Counted from the first letter of the whole stretch, positions 12,676 through 25,818 are shown. The stretch: DNA of 63,193 nt, filler included, from Neoconidiobolus thromboides FSU 785 (GCA_025603075.1; 6 parts of 6 records of this genome joined end to end with filler, not necessarily neighbours in it), one strand, 5' to 3'. Translations and numbers: made by a program. The notes: generated by a model from the letters alone, not told the origin.

Positions 12676-15600
12676 ATATGCTACTTTTTTAAACTAATTA
12701 AGATAAATAATTGGTAGCTATAAACCTTGATATTGTAATTGATGCTTAGAATCTTTAATATCATTTCGATATTTAATGATAGGATGGTGTGTTAAAGTTA
12801 AACTACCATTAAAACGCGAGAAACTTTCCTTGCAAAAATGATATAAATTCCTCTCTAATCAAGTTTAGTTTTATACAAAAAATAAGCCATATTTTTAAGT
12901 ATTAAATTTAATAATAAACAGTGTGGTGCCTAAAAAGCAATAAATGAAATTTAATATAAATGTTACTAATGGATTTTAAATATATGATTTTGGAATTTAT
13001 ATATATTTTTAGCTATATTTAGAAAACGCCGTTGCATGGTTAACAAGCATGGCTAATACTGAACGATGATAAGTTGGTTATCATTAAATATAACAATGAA
13101 TAATAGGAAGATTATAATAAAGTACAATATGAGAAAATGCAGTATAATAAGTATTGTTACAATAATCAAAATAAAGATGTTTTTAAATTAAACGCACATT
13201 TTAATTGTCATTTTAATTTGGTTTTTAGATCTATAGTTTTCTGGCACTTTTTTATATCATTAAAAGCATAAATAAATAGTCGTTTTACTTCCATTATAAA
13301 AGATATAAAAAAGTAACAATGATGTTTACAGATTTATTGACGATTATGTTCATTCAAAAGATTTATTTGCTCAGATTGTTTTTTGTCCTGATTCCTAATC
13401 TATAATTTCTGCTGTATTATGATAAAATGAATGCATATATTAAAATAGGGGATGTCAAACTTTCCTATTTTTTCAATAGACTCACCTGTCCAAGAAAAGC
13501 TCACATTATCAACTTTTACGTATAACAAAGCTTATTACTAATTTATCATCAGTCTATACATTTATTGAATTTATTTTTAATGGGTGGATACCATTTATAT
13601 TTTGCTTCTACTCAAAAACAAATTTTTACAAAATTATGCTAGTGGAAAAAGACAATAATAGTGAATTTCGACTTTTAGTAAAAATACAAATGAGCTATAG
13701 CAGCTGTGGAAAGTAACAGGGATATAATACTCATATTGCTATGGGTTTAACGTAAATTAATATACGGAACATGCTGTTAGGTATCGATCGGTAGAATCTA
13801 AACCAGTTAAGAACTAGTATACATAAATTAGGTGGGAATTAAATGAGAACCATTTTTACATTAAATAGCGAAAATTCACTAAATAAATAAAGGCTTAATA
13901 TAACATTATTTAAAGTAACCCAACAATATGCATAAAATAAAAATAATCAAAAAGGGATAAAATAAAAGGAAAACAATCTTTTTATAGATTTTTAAGGGAT
14001 ATTAATCTGTTATTTTTTTACTATTTAGCTTAGTTTTATTAGCTAGTCTTTTATCTTGGTACAAATCTAATGCCGAAGTAATTAAGTTTTAGAGCAAATA
14101 AATGATGGTAGATGATAAATAATTCAAAAATAATAGTTTGTAATAAATCTGCTATTAATCGTCTAACCTTATTGATCACTATAAAATTCTTTATTCAAAC
14201 GTGGATTATTTTTATAGAATAAAAAATATAAAACGGTAGAGAACAAAAATGAAGGGCTAACATTCATAAGAAAGGAGAGAATAAAAATAAATAAAATCAA
14301 GAATATAAAAGTGTATAAAATTAATGGGTGCTTGATAAGGAATCTACCGAGGTTTAAAACCAAGTTGGTTAATAAAAGCATATTTGGAGATTTAACTAAA
14401 TATAGTAGCTATACCTCTTTTGTTATGTGGCTTTTAGTACACTTTACGCTAGAAGGTATATTTGACTATACTATCAACTTTTTGTTCTTGTTTATTTGTT
14501 TTGTTAATAATATAAAAAAAAATGAAAAATGAAGGTTCTGAAGTATGATAGTTATAGTCGTTGCAATTCTTTTGCGACTTTTTTAGCGATAGTTTTCATA
14601 ATTATTCATCACTCAATTTTTTTATAGCCTAGTTGTTATATTTAAACTTGCTTTAATATTTTTTTTCAAAAATGAGTGGTTAATTACCACAAAAAATATT
14701 AACAGCTGTATATCACTAAGTGTAATTTTGAGTTTATAATTTACTTTTATATTTTTATACGTAGCTATTTTTGATTTTTTCTTTTTTTAACTTTTTAATT
14801 AAAAATCCTTAAATGTATGCATCAGTTATTCCTATTTAGCAAATATAGATAAACAAATATAGAAACATATATAATTTTTGAATATTTTTTGAGGATTTCT
14901 AAACCTAATTGCACCTTTATTACACTAACTACATAGCTTAGTAAAAATACTAAATCTATCATCCATCTAAACGTAGCAATGAATCAAAGTTACTATTTTT
15001 AGTAGATTTTTAAAATGGAACACTGTATTTTTTATACGTTCAACTATTAATCTTTTAGTATATATGTTTTATACTATTTTTTAACTTCATAAATGATTTA
15101 TTTCAGTATAACTCATAGAATGCAAACTGCATAATTTTAGACTATTTTGCTTTTGTTAAACTATATAAAACTAATAAAACTCATTTATGATATGTATTTA
15201 ATTAAATGCGAATGACTAAAAAATAAACCTGAAAAATAAAGGATCTAGACAATGGAAAAACCAACTGTAACCCGACTTGTGGATAAATAACTAAATCACT
15301 AGTTATTTTTTTATAAAATGAATATCTTATTTGAAACGTCTTATTTTTTTATTACAGTCATAGCTGTATTTCTATGGTATTGTACTGAATAAAGCTATGG
15401 TTTTTTATCATTATTTCAAACATAATGTTTTTGTAAAGTTTTCGAATGGTTTATTACTGATGGGTATGCAATCTACTTTAAGAAAGTGTGACTTACTTTC
15501 ATATCAATGTATCAATGAATATAAAAAAGCAATAAAGATATTGGGATATCTATCTGACTCTAAAGTTGGCAAAGTTGAGTTAGAGCATTTTCCACCATTT

Positions 15601-17664
15601 ATAATATTTTCCTTTTAATGTCTCCTTTCTTCCTTCATCCTAGTCTATCAGTAACTTAATCATCTTAAATTTAAAATTTTCCCTCAACAATAAAACACTT
15701 GAGACCCTCCAGCTCCTTTAAAATTTTTAATAAAAAAGATATTAGTGTCCCTTTGGACTCGCTTATTTGTTCACCTTTTATACACCATAAATCGAAAAAA
15801 ACTATTAACAAATGCTGAAATAAAAAAACATCCTTATATTCATTTTTTATAAATACCATCAAACTACTCCAAAATTTAAGGTTTTGTTTTAAAGACATTC
15901 TACTATTTACTTTGCAATGTTAAAAGATTTTATTATTTAACATAAAAACTTTAATAGTAGATATTTAAACATACAAAAGGCTATAAAATGTAAAAATGTA
16001 TTGTCAAAGATAAAATAAAATAATCAAAGTTTAATATTTTATTAAATTTCAGTAATAAAAGTATGATGGTGTAAGTGATAATTAGCTATATCATCATATT
16101 AAATTTAAATTTAAATTAAATTAAATTTATACTTCAAGTTAAATAAAGATATAATAAATTAATGTTTTAAATAAATTAACTAATGATGTTAAAAGACCTC
16201 AATTTAAGATCGGTTTTTTGTAATATTTTTTATAATATAATTATGTAATATAAAACCCTCCTTTAATTATTTAATGCACTATAAAATATTACCATAATTA
16301 TTAACTACCGCTTCAAGTTTAACATTAATGTTTTTACTAAAATTGAGTAATTTTTTTAAATTTTTATTTCAAAAAGTAAGCAACTTAAGTCATATATTTC
16401 GGTTTCATTATCATTACTTTCACTTTTAGCAATTTGAATTTTATAAATTGATAAACTTTATTTTGATTAAATATTAATATTACTATTATTGCTTTTCTTA
16501 TTCAGTAGCGTATGAAATAGAAATAAATATCATGACTAATGAAAGACAAGACGATGTTTTGTATTTTAAATTAGCTTGTTAAAATACCTATTATATAGCC
16601 TATATTTTGGATACATTAGGATATGACAGATAATTGGAACATTATATTAATGTTTAGAAATTAAATGCTATCTAACATACAGTTATGAATATGTTTCTCA
16701 AATGATCTTTTTAATTAGACACAATCAGAATGCACTAGATACTTTAAACACTAATAATAAAAATTAAATTGGTAATTTGAATTCAATATGTTGAAAGTAT
16801 ATAATAAAATACCACTTTAAAGTCAACCATATTAAATGCAAATAATCAAATAATTAGCAATTCAATTATATAATACGAAATTGAGTTTTATAGCTAATAC
16901 GATTGATAAAAGCCATAATTTGAAAAAATAGTTTAAATTGAACCTCTCAGAAAATTTATGAATAGGACTATTTTCTACTCTTTTCTTGTATCCCCTCTAG
17001 TATCTATTTTAGCCGCTGGCTTTAAGTTATCCACTCTTACTACACCAAACTTCCTTTAGACATACATTCAGCTCTTATCTCGGTTCTCAGTATCATCTTT
17101 AATTCCTGCACAAGCATATATAAAAAAGAGTATAGGCTACCTCAATATAAACTTAATCAGTTTGACCAAACCATAAGAGATGTAAGTTTATCTATTGTTT
17201 GGCCTCCTTATCTCATAAATAGCCCATATCTTCAAGTTGTCTAACTACTTTCTTACCTTTTGGTAATGTTTCCGTTTATTAATAGAATACTTAGAATTTT
17301 CAAAAAAAGAGAACTGTAAATTTGACTTTACCTAATTTAGTTCCAAAGTAATTAGTAAACTATTTTATATCTCTAAAAGACATGGTACCAATATAGCTTT
17401 TTTAATAGTTAGGAATTAATTTATAAAAATAATCTTATCTTTAATTAGCGGAAAATATATCATATGGTTTATAGATAACAATACTTATATGCGAGTTATT
17501 AAGTACTATATACTATTTCAGACTTCATTTAAATTAATTTAAAAAAATATGTAGAGAGCAATTAAAATTTTTTATATTTAGCTGAATCAAGTAAAATAGA
17601 GTATAACAACTGAATCTATATAAAATTAATTATTTATTTACTAAAACAGATACAAAAGACAAAG

Positions 17665-18207
17665 TTAATTTTTATGGCTTATATCCTTATTTAAAATATA
17701 GTTAATATCTAAAGGATTGTTGGTTGAGCAAGTATCATCTTTACAATCATTATGTTTCCCATACTTGACCTCTTGTTTATTTTGATTATCATTAAGATAC
17801 AAAGAGTCTGATGTTGTAGTATAAAATGAACGATGTCGTGATTGTAACTCAGGTTCATTACTTGTTTTGAACACTAACCCTTTATTGTCATTCTGTGTAT
17901 CACATTTTATTTTTTGGTTATTTTCAATTTCTTTGTAACCTATCGAATTCAATACAGGATTCCAAAATACAGAGCGTTGAGGTTGGTGGTCATATTCACC
18001 AGTTACTTTGAACTTTGCTCTTTTATTTTGAAACCAAATACGTACTGTTTTTGTAGTTAAATCGGCATCGAGTGCTATTTGAGTGACCAAATCTCGACAT
18101 GGTTTGTTGTTAATTTTATAATAAGATAATAATATTTCATATTGCTTATCTGTTAAGTGGATACGGTGTCTTCTTTCTCTTTGAGCTTTATCGGTTATCA
18201 TCAGCAT
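17665..18207 (-). CDS. Homeodomain transcription factor
   Basis: RRHRIHLTDKQYEILLSYY...LTTKTVRIWFQNKRAK, with the canonical WFQNxR recognition helix; 180-aa ORF. Confidence 0.9.
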   Translation of the reverse strand: MLMITDKAQRERRHRIHLTDKQYEILLSYYKINNKPCRDLVTQIALDADLTTKTVRIWFQNKRAKFKVTGEYDHQPQRSVFWNPVLNSIGYKEIENNQKIKCDTQNDNKGLVFKTSNEPELQSRHRSFYTTTSDSLYLNDNQNKQEVKYGKHNDCKDDTCSTNNPLDINYILNKDISHKN

Positions 18208-19640
18208 TAGTTACCAAAAGAGAAACAATTGGTTGTCTATTTAAACTTTTGATTAGTTAAATCAGCTGAATATGGATTTTTACAAATGACTTTGATTTTT
18301 TCTTCTAAAGTCTAATACTTTTTTATTTTGTTTAGGATAAAAATTTGAGGTTATAGATTCTGTATGTAATATGATTCATTTATATAGTTAGAAATATTGA
18401 GTTCTAGTTAGCTATTTATAATATAAAAAATACACTAAAAAATGTCAAAAATGTTTTATTTGAAGACTCAAGTTAAAGGCATTGTTCTTTGTAGACCAAA
18501 GCAATACAAAGAACTGCAAAGTTTAGCTGGTTAAATTCCATCTAAATTAAAATCTTTGCATATTTATCGAAGTTAACTTCCTTTAGAATTAAGTTGATTA
18601 TTGCATGATCCAAAATCTGATTTAAATTAATCCAAAAAAACTATATTATATAATAAAAGAGAGAATTTTCGAATCAAATGATACTCATATGATAAATCTA
18701 TGATTCATATAACTTTATAAGTTATTATGCTAATTTTGTTAATTTATTTTATCTCCCTGACTTTTAAGTGTTTTTCAAAACAAAATAGACAGCAAGAGTT
18801 TCTTATCAGTATTAAAAAGTTGTAATAAATCGAGGTAAAAGCATTTTGTAGTTAGATAACAAGAAAAGGGGGAATGCGTGATGTGGGAATAATAATAATA
18901 ATTTTATATTAAGGTCATTACAAATCATAAATTAGTGAATACAAAGAATTTAGAATGACTATTTTTGTCAAAGTCGGATAGTTAAATAAGCTCTGTGATT
19001 CAATAATACAGATACAACTTTGTATTAGTTATATATAAACTGTTATAACTACTGTTAATAGTTTTGTCAAAATATTAATAAATTTAATTAGCAAATATTC
19101 AACATTCAACATCGACATTTAAAATTTGCGTTAAGTTATAATTATTAAATGAAAATTATTAAATAGTTAAAAGTTAACGTCGTACGTATCCTTTTTTATA
19201 TAAATAAAAATATCGGTAAAATAAAATTAGCGGAAAATTGAAAACTTTTCAAGTTTATATAAATTGTATTTATAATATTATAAATATTACTAATTTTTAA
19301 TTTTTTAATATCATTTATTTATTTTGAAGAAATATCATAAAATTAAGTTAAGCATAATTTTATAATAGCAATTTAGCTTTATTGAGTATTTTCGGTTCTA
19401 GGTATAAAAATATTAGATTTTTAAAATTCAATTTATGCCTTTAAGCTATTTAATGCTTTCAACACCATTGACTATATTATATACATTTATAAATATTATA
19501 CTAATAAAGTAATTTATTGTTTAAAAAATTACATAATAGATTACAAAATACATAAAATCGAAATTAAGATGATTTTTTTAATTTTTTTATTAAACAAACC
19601 TATCAAAATAACTCAATGCTTATTTTTTAGTTAGAGTTAT

Positions 19641-22586
19641 TTAATTTTGAGGAGTGGAGGTATTACTAGAATGGTTATTTTTTTCTTGATGTTGGTTATT
19701 GTGATTATTATTATGATGAGAACCACGACCACGCCCCCTACCTCGTGGATTGTGACCATGGTTTGGATGATGTTGTGTATGTTGAGGATGGAAGTTAGGT
19801 GGTTGATGATAATGCTGAGGTGGCATTTGGTAAAATTGAGGTGGTGGTGGGTGGCCCATAGGGTGACCCATAGGATGAAATGGTGGCTGATGTTGATAAG
19901 GTGAACACCCTGGTGGTAGTTGGGGGTAATGAGGATGGTTATTGGATGGATAGCTGTTAGGAGCATGAGTGTGAGGCGGTTGGCTTGTTTGATTTTGATT
20001 GTAATGGGGTGATTGTGATGAATGGGGTGGAGTTTGTTGGTTGCCGCGTGGCTGATAATGATAATGTCCATCCATGTTTGGACGCTGAACATTAGGATCG
20101 TTTGGTGGAGCATAACGCATCATGTTTGGGTTACTATTAGGCGCTCCCATATAGGTACCTTGTGGTCCGGATTGTGGAGGTCCTTGGGGCTGTGGTGGGG
20201 GCTGTTGTGGTTGAGAAGGGCCGCGTCCTTGAGGTGAATGAGAATAGTTATTGCTACTATTGTTATCGCTATTATTACTGGTATTGGTATTGGTATTAGT
20301 ATTAGTATTGGCATTGCTGTTGTTATTGTTGCTATTCTCGTGAGGTTGTTTGTTATAATAATTTTGTGGAGTTGGTCCTGGTGAAGGATGGTTAAGCATA
20401 GGTTGATTGTTTTGTTGTGGATATGGATATGGCGGAGGAGGATTGTGTTGTGGATGATTCATATAAGGCATACCCTGAGGTGGTATACCCATCATTTGAG
20501 GATATGGCATTTGGTTGGGATAGCGATAGGCCGGATAAAATGGTGGCTGTGGGTACATATTAGGTGGTATGTTTGGGTATTGAGGATCGGCATGTGTAAC
20601 GTTGAATTGTTGACGGTATGGTTTACCTTCAGTGGGCCAAGTAGGTGCTTGAGTAGAGGGATCATTAAATACCTTCTGTTCAATAACTTCAAACTGCCAG
20701 TCAACAACGTCTTCTTTAACTTCAGGTTTGCCATTCAAGAAGAAAGCATTAACTTCTTTTTTAGCTTCAATGGTTGCATTTGGATTGAATGGTTTGGCAG
20801 ATGGATTAGGCTTGAATTCGGGTGCTTTTACATTGAGTTTAGCAGAAGCTTTAACTGATGATGTTTCAGATTTTGCATCATCTTCACTTTTCTCACTTAT
20901 AGCTGGTAAATGATCACCTGTTTTATTGTCATTACCTTTTGAGATAATATCCTTGATATCGCTTGGTACCGGAGTTTTAAGTTTAAAAGTTTGAGAGAAT
21001 TTAAGTAGTTCAGCGACCTTACCATCTTTATCCTTTTTGATTTTGGCTTGTTGTCCAAGCTTAACTCGCTCCTTTTCAGTTGATACAAATTGACGGAAAG
21101 TGCCCATAAGTTCTTCTTCAATTGGTTTAGATGCCCTTTGTTTACCTAATAATTTCTTTTGAGTAGGAATTGAGAGTGCTAATTTATTGGAAGAAAATAA
21201 CTGAAGTATAGCATCTGCTTTCTTTTGTGAAATAGGTTGTCCAGTTGTGACTTTTTTAGTTGGAATAGGAAGAGGTTGATGTTTTTCGGCTGCCATAGCA
21301 TGCTTCAAATTTTTATCACGAAGCGCCATAGCTTCCAAAAAGCGTGCCGTGTTTGATTTCTTAGAAAGATCCTTCGATTCATTACTTTCAGCAGTTGGCT
21401 GGTTGATAGTGGCTGGTTTTGATGTTTCCACTTTCTTGGACTCATCCAAAGGATTTATTTGGGCGCTCGGCTGGGCAGTGCCTGCCTTTGGTTGTGTTTC
21501 AAGCGATGTAGTTTGAGCTTCTTGACCTTTGGCTTGCATTACTTGCTGATATTTTGCCCTTACACTTGGTGGAACATATTTTCCTTCTTTAATAGCTCTA
21601 GCCACTGCAGAATATTTTTCTTCTTCATCTTCATCGTTATTAGTTTGGTGACCACGTTCTTCACTAATATGAGGGTTAGATGAAGACTTGTTTAAAATTT
21701 CATTAGCTATACGCTCAGCATTACGTTCAACTTCAGCAAAGTTTGGAGCAGAGCGATCAATCTTTGTTGTATAAATAAGCTCATCGTAGTTAGTCTCAAC
21801 ATTGAACAATGCCTTATTTGCAGCAAATTGATCCCATTTACCATTCTCATCCAAAAACTGATTATTGATATCACTTCCAGTGGTATCAGGTATATTTTCA
21901 TCTGGTACCCATGAAACTAATTCTCGTTCATAAACTTCACCAGAATGACCAGAAATTCCAGTATCAGTACGGAAACTCTGTCTACGATGTGCCTCTTTGA
22001 TATTTGGAGGATTAAAGTCCACATTTTCTACCTCTATACATTCTAAATCTTTAGCTAAAAAGATCATTTGTTTCAAAACATCGTTAGAATCATTTTCTTC
22101 TTCGGTTGAATTTACCTTTTTTGAAAGCTGTAAAGCCACACCAAGGTCTGTATCAACAGTCGCTGCTTCAAATAGGCCCTCAAATGAATCACCATGAACT
22201 GTTGAGACACCAACTTTTTGACCTATCATATTACTTAAAAGGAACATTGTACGTTCGTGCATAATGCGAGCTACTTTCGCTTCAGGAGATTCTGAAGTGC
22301 TTCCTAACTTTGGATTCTGCTCTTTTTGCTGAGGAGGAGGAAAATTTGCTTGGAGATCGATAGGAGGATTGTTGGGTTGATATTGATGTTGTTGAGAAAT
22401 ATTAAAATTTTGCCCTTGATTTGGATATTGGCTTGTATGGTTCCATTTACCACCACGTCCTTTACTTGGTCCTTGACTTGGTCCATGATTACCACTGATG
22501 TTATTTGGGTTACTTTGACCTACTCCACCATGATTGGAATAAAACCCACGCCCATTTTTAAAGTTTTTATTACCTCGGTAGGCCAT
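19641..22586 (-). CDS. PBP1: PBP1/Ataxin-2 homolog (poly(A)-binding-protein-binding protein)
   Basis: LSM domain (MIGQKVGVSTVHGDSFEGLF), FRTDTGIS, LsmAD (WDQFAANKALFNVETNYDELIYTTKIDRS), PAM2-like KLNVKAPEFKP, and a P/Q/H/N-rich tail. Confidence 0.93.
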   Translation of the reverse strand: MAYRGNKNFKNGRGFYSNHGGVGQSNPNNISGNHGPSQGPSKGRGGKWNHTSQYPNQGQNFNISQQHQYQPNNPPIDLQANFPPPQQKEQNPKLGSTSESPEAKVARIMHERTMFLLSNMIGQKVGVSTVHGDSFEGLFEAATVDTDLGVALQLSKKVNSTEEENDSNDVLKQMIFLAKDLECIEVENVDFNPPNIKEAHRRQSFRTDTGISGHSGEVYERELVSWVPDENIPDTTGSDINNQFLDENGKWDQFAANKALFNVETNYDELIYTTKIDRSAPNFAEVERNAERIANEILNKSSSNPHISEERGHQTNNDEDEEEKYSAVARAIKEGKYVPPSVRAKYQQVMQAKGQEAQTTSLETQPKAGTAQPSAQINPLDESKKVETSKPATINQPTAESNESKDLSKKSNTARFLEAMALRDKNLKHAMAAEKHQPLPIPTKKVTTGQPISQKKADAILQLFSSNKLALSIPTQKKLLGKQRASKPIEEELMGTFRQFVSTEKERVKLGQQAKIKKDKDGKVAELLKFSQTFKLKTPVPSDIKDIISKGNDNKTGDHLPAISEKSEDDAKSETSSVKASAKLNVKAPEFKPNPSAKPFNPNATIEAKKEVNAFFLNGKPEVKEDVVDWQFEVIEQKVFNDPSTQAPTWPTEGKPYRQQFNVTHADPQYPNIPPNMYPQPPFYPAYRYPNQMPYPQMMGIPPQGMPYMNHPQHNPPPPYPYPQQNNQPMLNHPSPGPTPQNYYNKQPHENSNNNNSNANTNTNTNTNTSNNSDNNSSNNYSHSPQGRGPSQPQQPPPQPQGPPQSGPQGTYMGAPNSNPNMMRYAPPNDPNVQRPNMDGHYHYQPRGNQQTPPHSSQSPHYNQNQTSQPPHTHAPNSYPSNNHPHYPQLPPGCSPYQHQPPFHPMGHPMGHPPPPQFYQMPPQHYHQPPNFHPQHTQHHPNHGHNPRGRGRGRGSHHNNNHNNQHQEKNNHSSNTSTPQN

Positions 22587-23512
22587 TCTTTTAAGAGTTA
22601 AAATGGTTTCGTAATTTGAATTGATTTATTTTTCAAAGCTCAACTTTCTCCATTTTCTCATATCCACCACTAAAAAGCGCTTTATTTATATAAATACGAC
22701 TTCATTGGTCTGATTCATAAATTATATTGAATTTCACGAATCATGTTGAACTTATTGAATGCATACTATATTTTAACCTTTGAAACTTGTTTTTTATTCA
22801 TGTTTGAATTTTCAAGTATTAAAAGCTAATTTTAAAACTAAACAAAAATAATAATAAAATTCAACATTTTACTTTTTATTTTAGTTAGTTCAAATTTAAA
22901 ATGGTTTTAATTTTTCAACAAAAAAGCATTCCTCATTTTCGCACTGTTTATATTTAATTCACTAGAAGGTTCTTTCAAAAGATGCTAGATTTTAATATAA
23001 AAAAATAGGCTAATCATTAATTACAACAGATATTGATCTTTGTGTATAAGAGCAATCTTAATTAGTAGTAAAATACACATTAATGTTCCAATCGTACACC
23101 TTTAGGATTAGTTATCGAAAAAGACTAAAATTATTTTTATAAATCAAAGCTGAGGAAAAATTGAACTTTGGGTTAAAATTAACTCAATATTTTAAGATTA
23201 AATTGAAGTTACTATTATATACTATACTTCGTTGTTTCAATAGTGCCTTTCTAAACTTGTATACATTAAAATGTTTCCATTTAAGTATTGAATATTATCC
23301 TATTAATTGAGTTGTATTGTTAAAATAAATTTAATTGTATTCTAGTTGAATTTTTATAAATATTATTTTTTTCATAGATTAGTCGTAGTTTAAAATATCT
23401 AACTTAGATGGACGTAAGTCTATATCCACTTCAGATGTGATAATTTATAATCAATTTCAAATACAAAAAATCATGTTAATTATTAGTAACTACTTTATTC
23501 ACATTAGAAATA

Positions 23513-23902
23513 TTAACAAGAACCATATCTATTCAACTTAATAAACACAGACCCAGGGCAAGCTTTTGTTGAATTTAGATTAGCTGAACCACCCATCATT
23601 TGATCAATTACATGGCCTACACAATCTTTACCATAATGAAAAGTGATTTGAGTAGTGGCTGTAGACAATAAGGATTTAATAGCGAAGTCGGGAATATCAT
23701 TAGTACATCCATATATCCCTTTAACTGAGACAGTCTTTGTAGTTCCTTTAAAGTTTGAATCCGAATAGAAAGTTGCCTCCATAGTAGTATTACTATTTGG
23801 TGGTAAACTTACATTTCCACAATTGTCATAAATTGGTAGACATTTATCTGCATTGACTATGGTAAATGTTAAAATAGTTAAAAAGATAGAGTTAAATTGC
23901 AT
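23513..23902 (-). CDS. Small secreted cysteine-rich protein, beta/gamma-crystallin-like
   Basis: Hydrophobic signal peptide ending VNA; 6 Cys; Greek-key-like motif TFYSDSNFKG...AIKSL and a second ITFHYGKDCVG...PGSV. Confidence 0.7.
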   Translation of the reverse strand: MQFNSIFLTILTFTIVNADKCLPIYDNCGNVSLPPNSNTTMEATFYSDSNFKGTTKTVSVKGIYGCTNDIPDFAIKSLLSTATTQITFHYGKDCVGHVIDQMMGGSANLNSTKACPGSVFIKLNRYGSC

Positions 23903-24633
23903 TTTTTTGCTATATCAATATTAAATTGTTGTTTTTAATATTTTATTACTTATATTTCTATTGTTTATATAGTATGGAATTTTTTAGATCAGTAAAACAG
24001 TTAAAAATAACTTCAAAATTAAGTATGAAATAATTTGACCCCTTCTAAGCAGTTATTTTTAAACTTTGACGTATATTAGTAAAACTATTTTTAATTAATT
24101 TTTTGTAATATTGCTTTATGCACATAATAGTAAACTTAATGTCTTATATCTTTTTTCATAAAGAATTCAAGTGTTATAGTGGAATGCCTGTAGTATCCAA
24201 CCTAGTATTAAGAATAAAGTATTAACTTAAACCTTTAATGCTATAATGTAATAATGCATTGTATAATATTAAAGATAGTTAGTTACCTAAAAACACTACA
24301 ATATCAAACACATTAAATTAAATGTACTTTTGATAAAATTTAAAGGATAGTAGATTGTACTTCAGTTAAAACTGATTGGTTATTATTTTCAGTGAGTTTT
24401 AATAATTGAAAGTATTTTAAGTTGCCACTAACAGATAAATTTAAAAATTCAACCCAATATTCTTATATAACTAGTACTTTATCCTTCCTCAATTGAAGCT
24501 TACCTCTCGTTACCCTTTTATATTCTTTTTTATATAGGTAAGTTTAAAAGCTCAGTAAAAATTAGAAATAAAATTTTCCAATTTCACTCTGTCTATTTTC
24601 TAATAGTGCACAATTTTGAAAAAAATATTAAAT

Positions 24634-24729
24634 GGGAATGTATTTTTGTGTTCAAGAATTTTACTAACAAATTTTCTGCTTGAATAGCGCTTAAAAAATG
24701 GAGAAAACAATGGTTAAAAAAACACTCTC
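24634..24729 (+). mobile_element. MITE copy F
   Basis: GGGAATG...CACTCTC, flanked by AAAT/AAAT. Confidence 0.85.
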
Positions 24730-24947
24730 AAATAGTGAATAAAAAAACGTTCCTATATAAACAACTTTAGATATTAGATAAGCAAAAGTAACCAATTTCA
24801 TAACGTCTGCTTAATTTATAATTTTCCATTAAAATCTAAACTGGATAAAGATTGAACTGAGCTTTTAAACTATTCTGATACTTACAAATTAGTAAATCAA
24901 AAAAATCAAAAAAATCTAAATAATCGTTTATAAACAGAGAAAAAAAT

Positions 24948-25020
24948 GGTCCCGTGGCCCAATGGACAAGGCGTCTGACTACGGATCAGGAGATTCCAGG
25001 TTCGATCCCTGGCGGGATCA
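24948..25020 (+). tRNA. tRNA-Arg(ACG), intronless
   Basis: GGTCCCG/CGGGATC acceptor stem, TCTGA-CTACGGA-TCAGG anticodon arm, GGTTCGATCC T-loop, T-run downstream. Confidence 0.96.
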
Positions 25021-25304
25021 TTATGACTTTTTTGTAAAATTTAATAGCTTTTAGGTTAGAAAAATGGATCAATTATTTAAAATTCTTTATTTAGTTGTAA
25101 CTATATCTGTGTTATTTTTTAAATTGATTTGTTGATTTTATTTTACTATTAAAATTAAAAACATCTTTATATGTTCAAACTTATACATAATTAATTTAAA
25201 GTTTTTTTTAGATTTTTTAGCTTATTCCAAATAATTAATTGAAAAGCTTTATAGTTTTTTTTATTAAATATAAAATAATAATATTTTTTAAATTAAATTA
25301 TTAG

Positions 25305-25784
25305 GTGAAATCTGGTACTCAGTGATTGGAGTCAAGGCAGTTTTTGCTTGATCGATTAGCCGTAAGTTGGAAGGCTTTAGTTTATGTAACTAAGACAAAC
25401 TTAAATTATGGAGGATAAGACTTAGTAGGCTACGAACTATATAAGATAAATAGAATAGACAATACTACTGTAAAATCTACTCAAAATGCTATCAGAAAGA
25501 TTTACTGGCTTTATTAAAGATACAATATCAGGGAATAATTCAATCAAAAAACCTTGAGCTACTATGTTCTAGAATCTCTTTTATACTTCAACAAGTATGG
25601 ATATCAAAACAGAAAGATAATGTCCTTCGGAATTACATGGCAGAAATTCTCATAACAAATCAAAATCAAAATCAAAATCAAAATGAAAGGCTTGGGATTG
25701 ATTGTGTCTAAACTCGAGAACACAACAACTTAAGCGGTTATTATGTTATAATCAATCATGGAGCTGACAAAGCGATATTCCACA
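25305..25784 (+). mobile_element. Solo-LTR-like element (~480 bp), the only near-complete copy
   Basis: Family termini are TGTGAAAT...ATTTCACA (here GTGAAAT...ATTCCACA); TTAG on both flanks is a possible TSD; homologous to four other copies in the window; no coding capacity seen. Confidence 0.7.
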
Positions 25785-25818
25785 TTAGTAAAATTCTTGA
25801 ACAAAAAAACACATCCTC
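25785..25818 (-). mobile_element. MITE half-copy G abutting the LTR end
   Basis: TTAGTAAAATTCTTGAACAAAAAAACACATCCTC+ATAT matches one end of the MITE. Confidence 0.6.

Noticed and set aside
6556-15898. Short ORFs at 6556, 7326, 7758, 11299, 11791, 14169, 14311, 15397 and 15671
   Set aside because: F/I/L/K/N-rich translations expected from AT-rich non-coding DNA; several use non-ATG starts; no motifs. The 15.4-15.9 kb pair might be relics but cannot be supported.
16960-17300. Slightly GC-richer patch that may be a retroelement relic (minus-strand ...MILRTEIRAECI*RKFGVVRVDNLKP...)
   Set aside because: Multiple stops and no diagnostic RT, RNase H or integrase motif; too weak to call without a homology search.
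19637-22601. Many overlapping or antisense ORFs over PBP1 (e.g. 19637-20113, 20388-20858, 22326-22601)
   Set aside because: Shadows of a long, low-complexity, relatively GC-rich CDS; no independent motifs.
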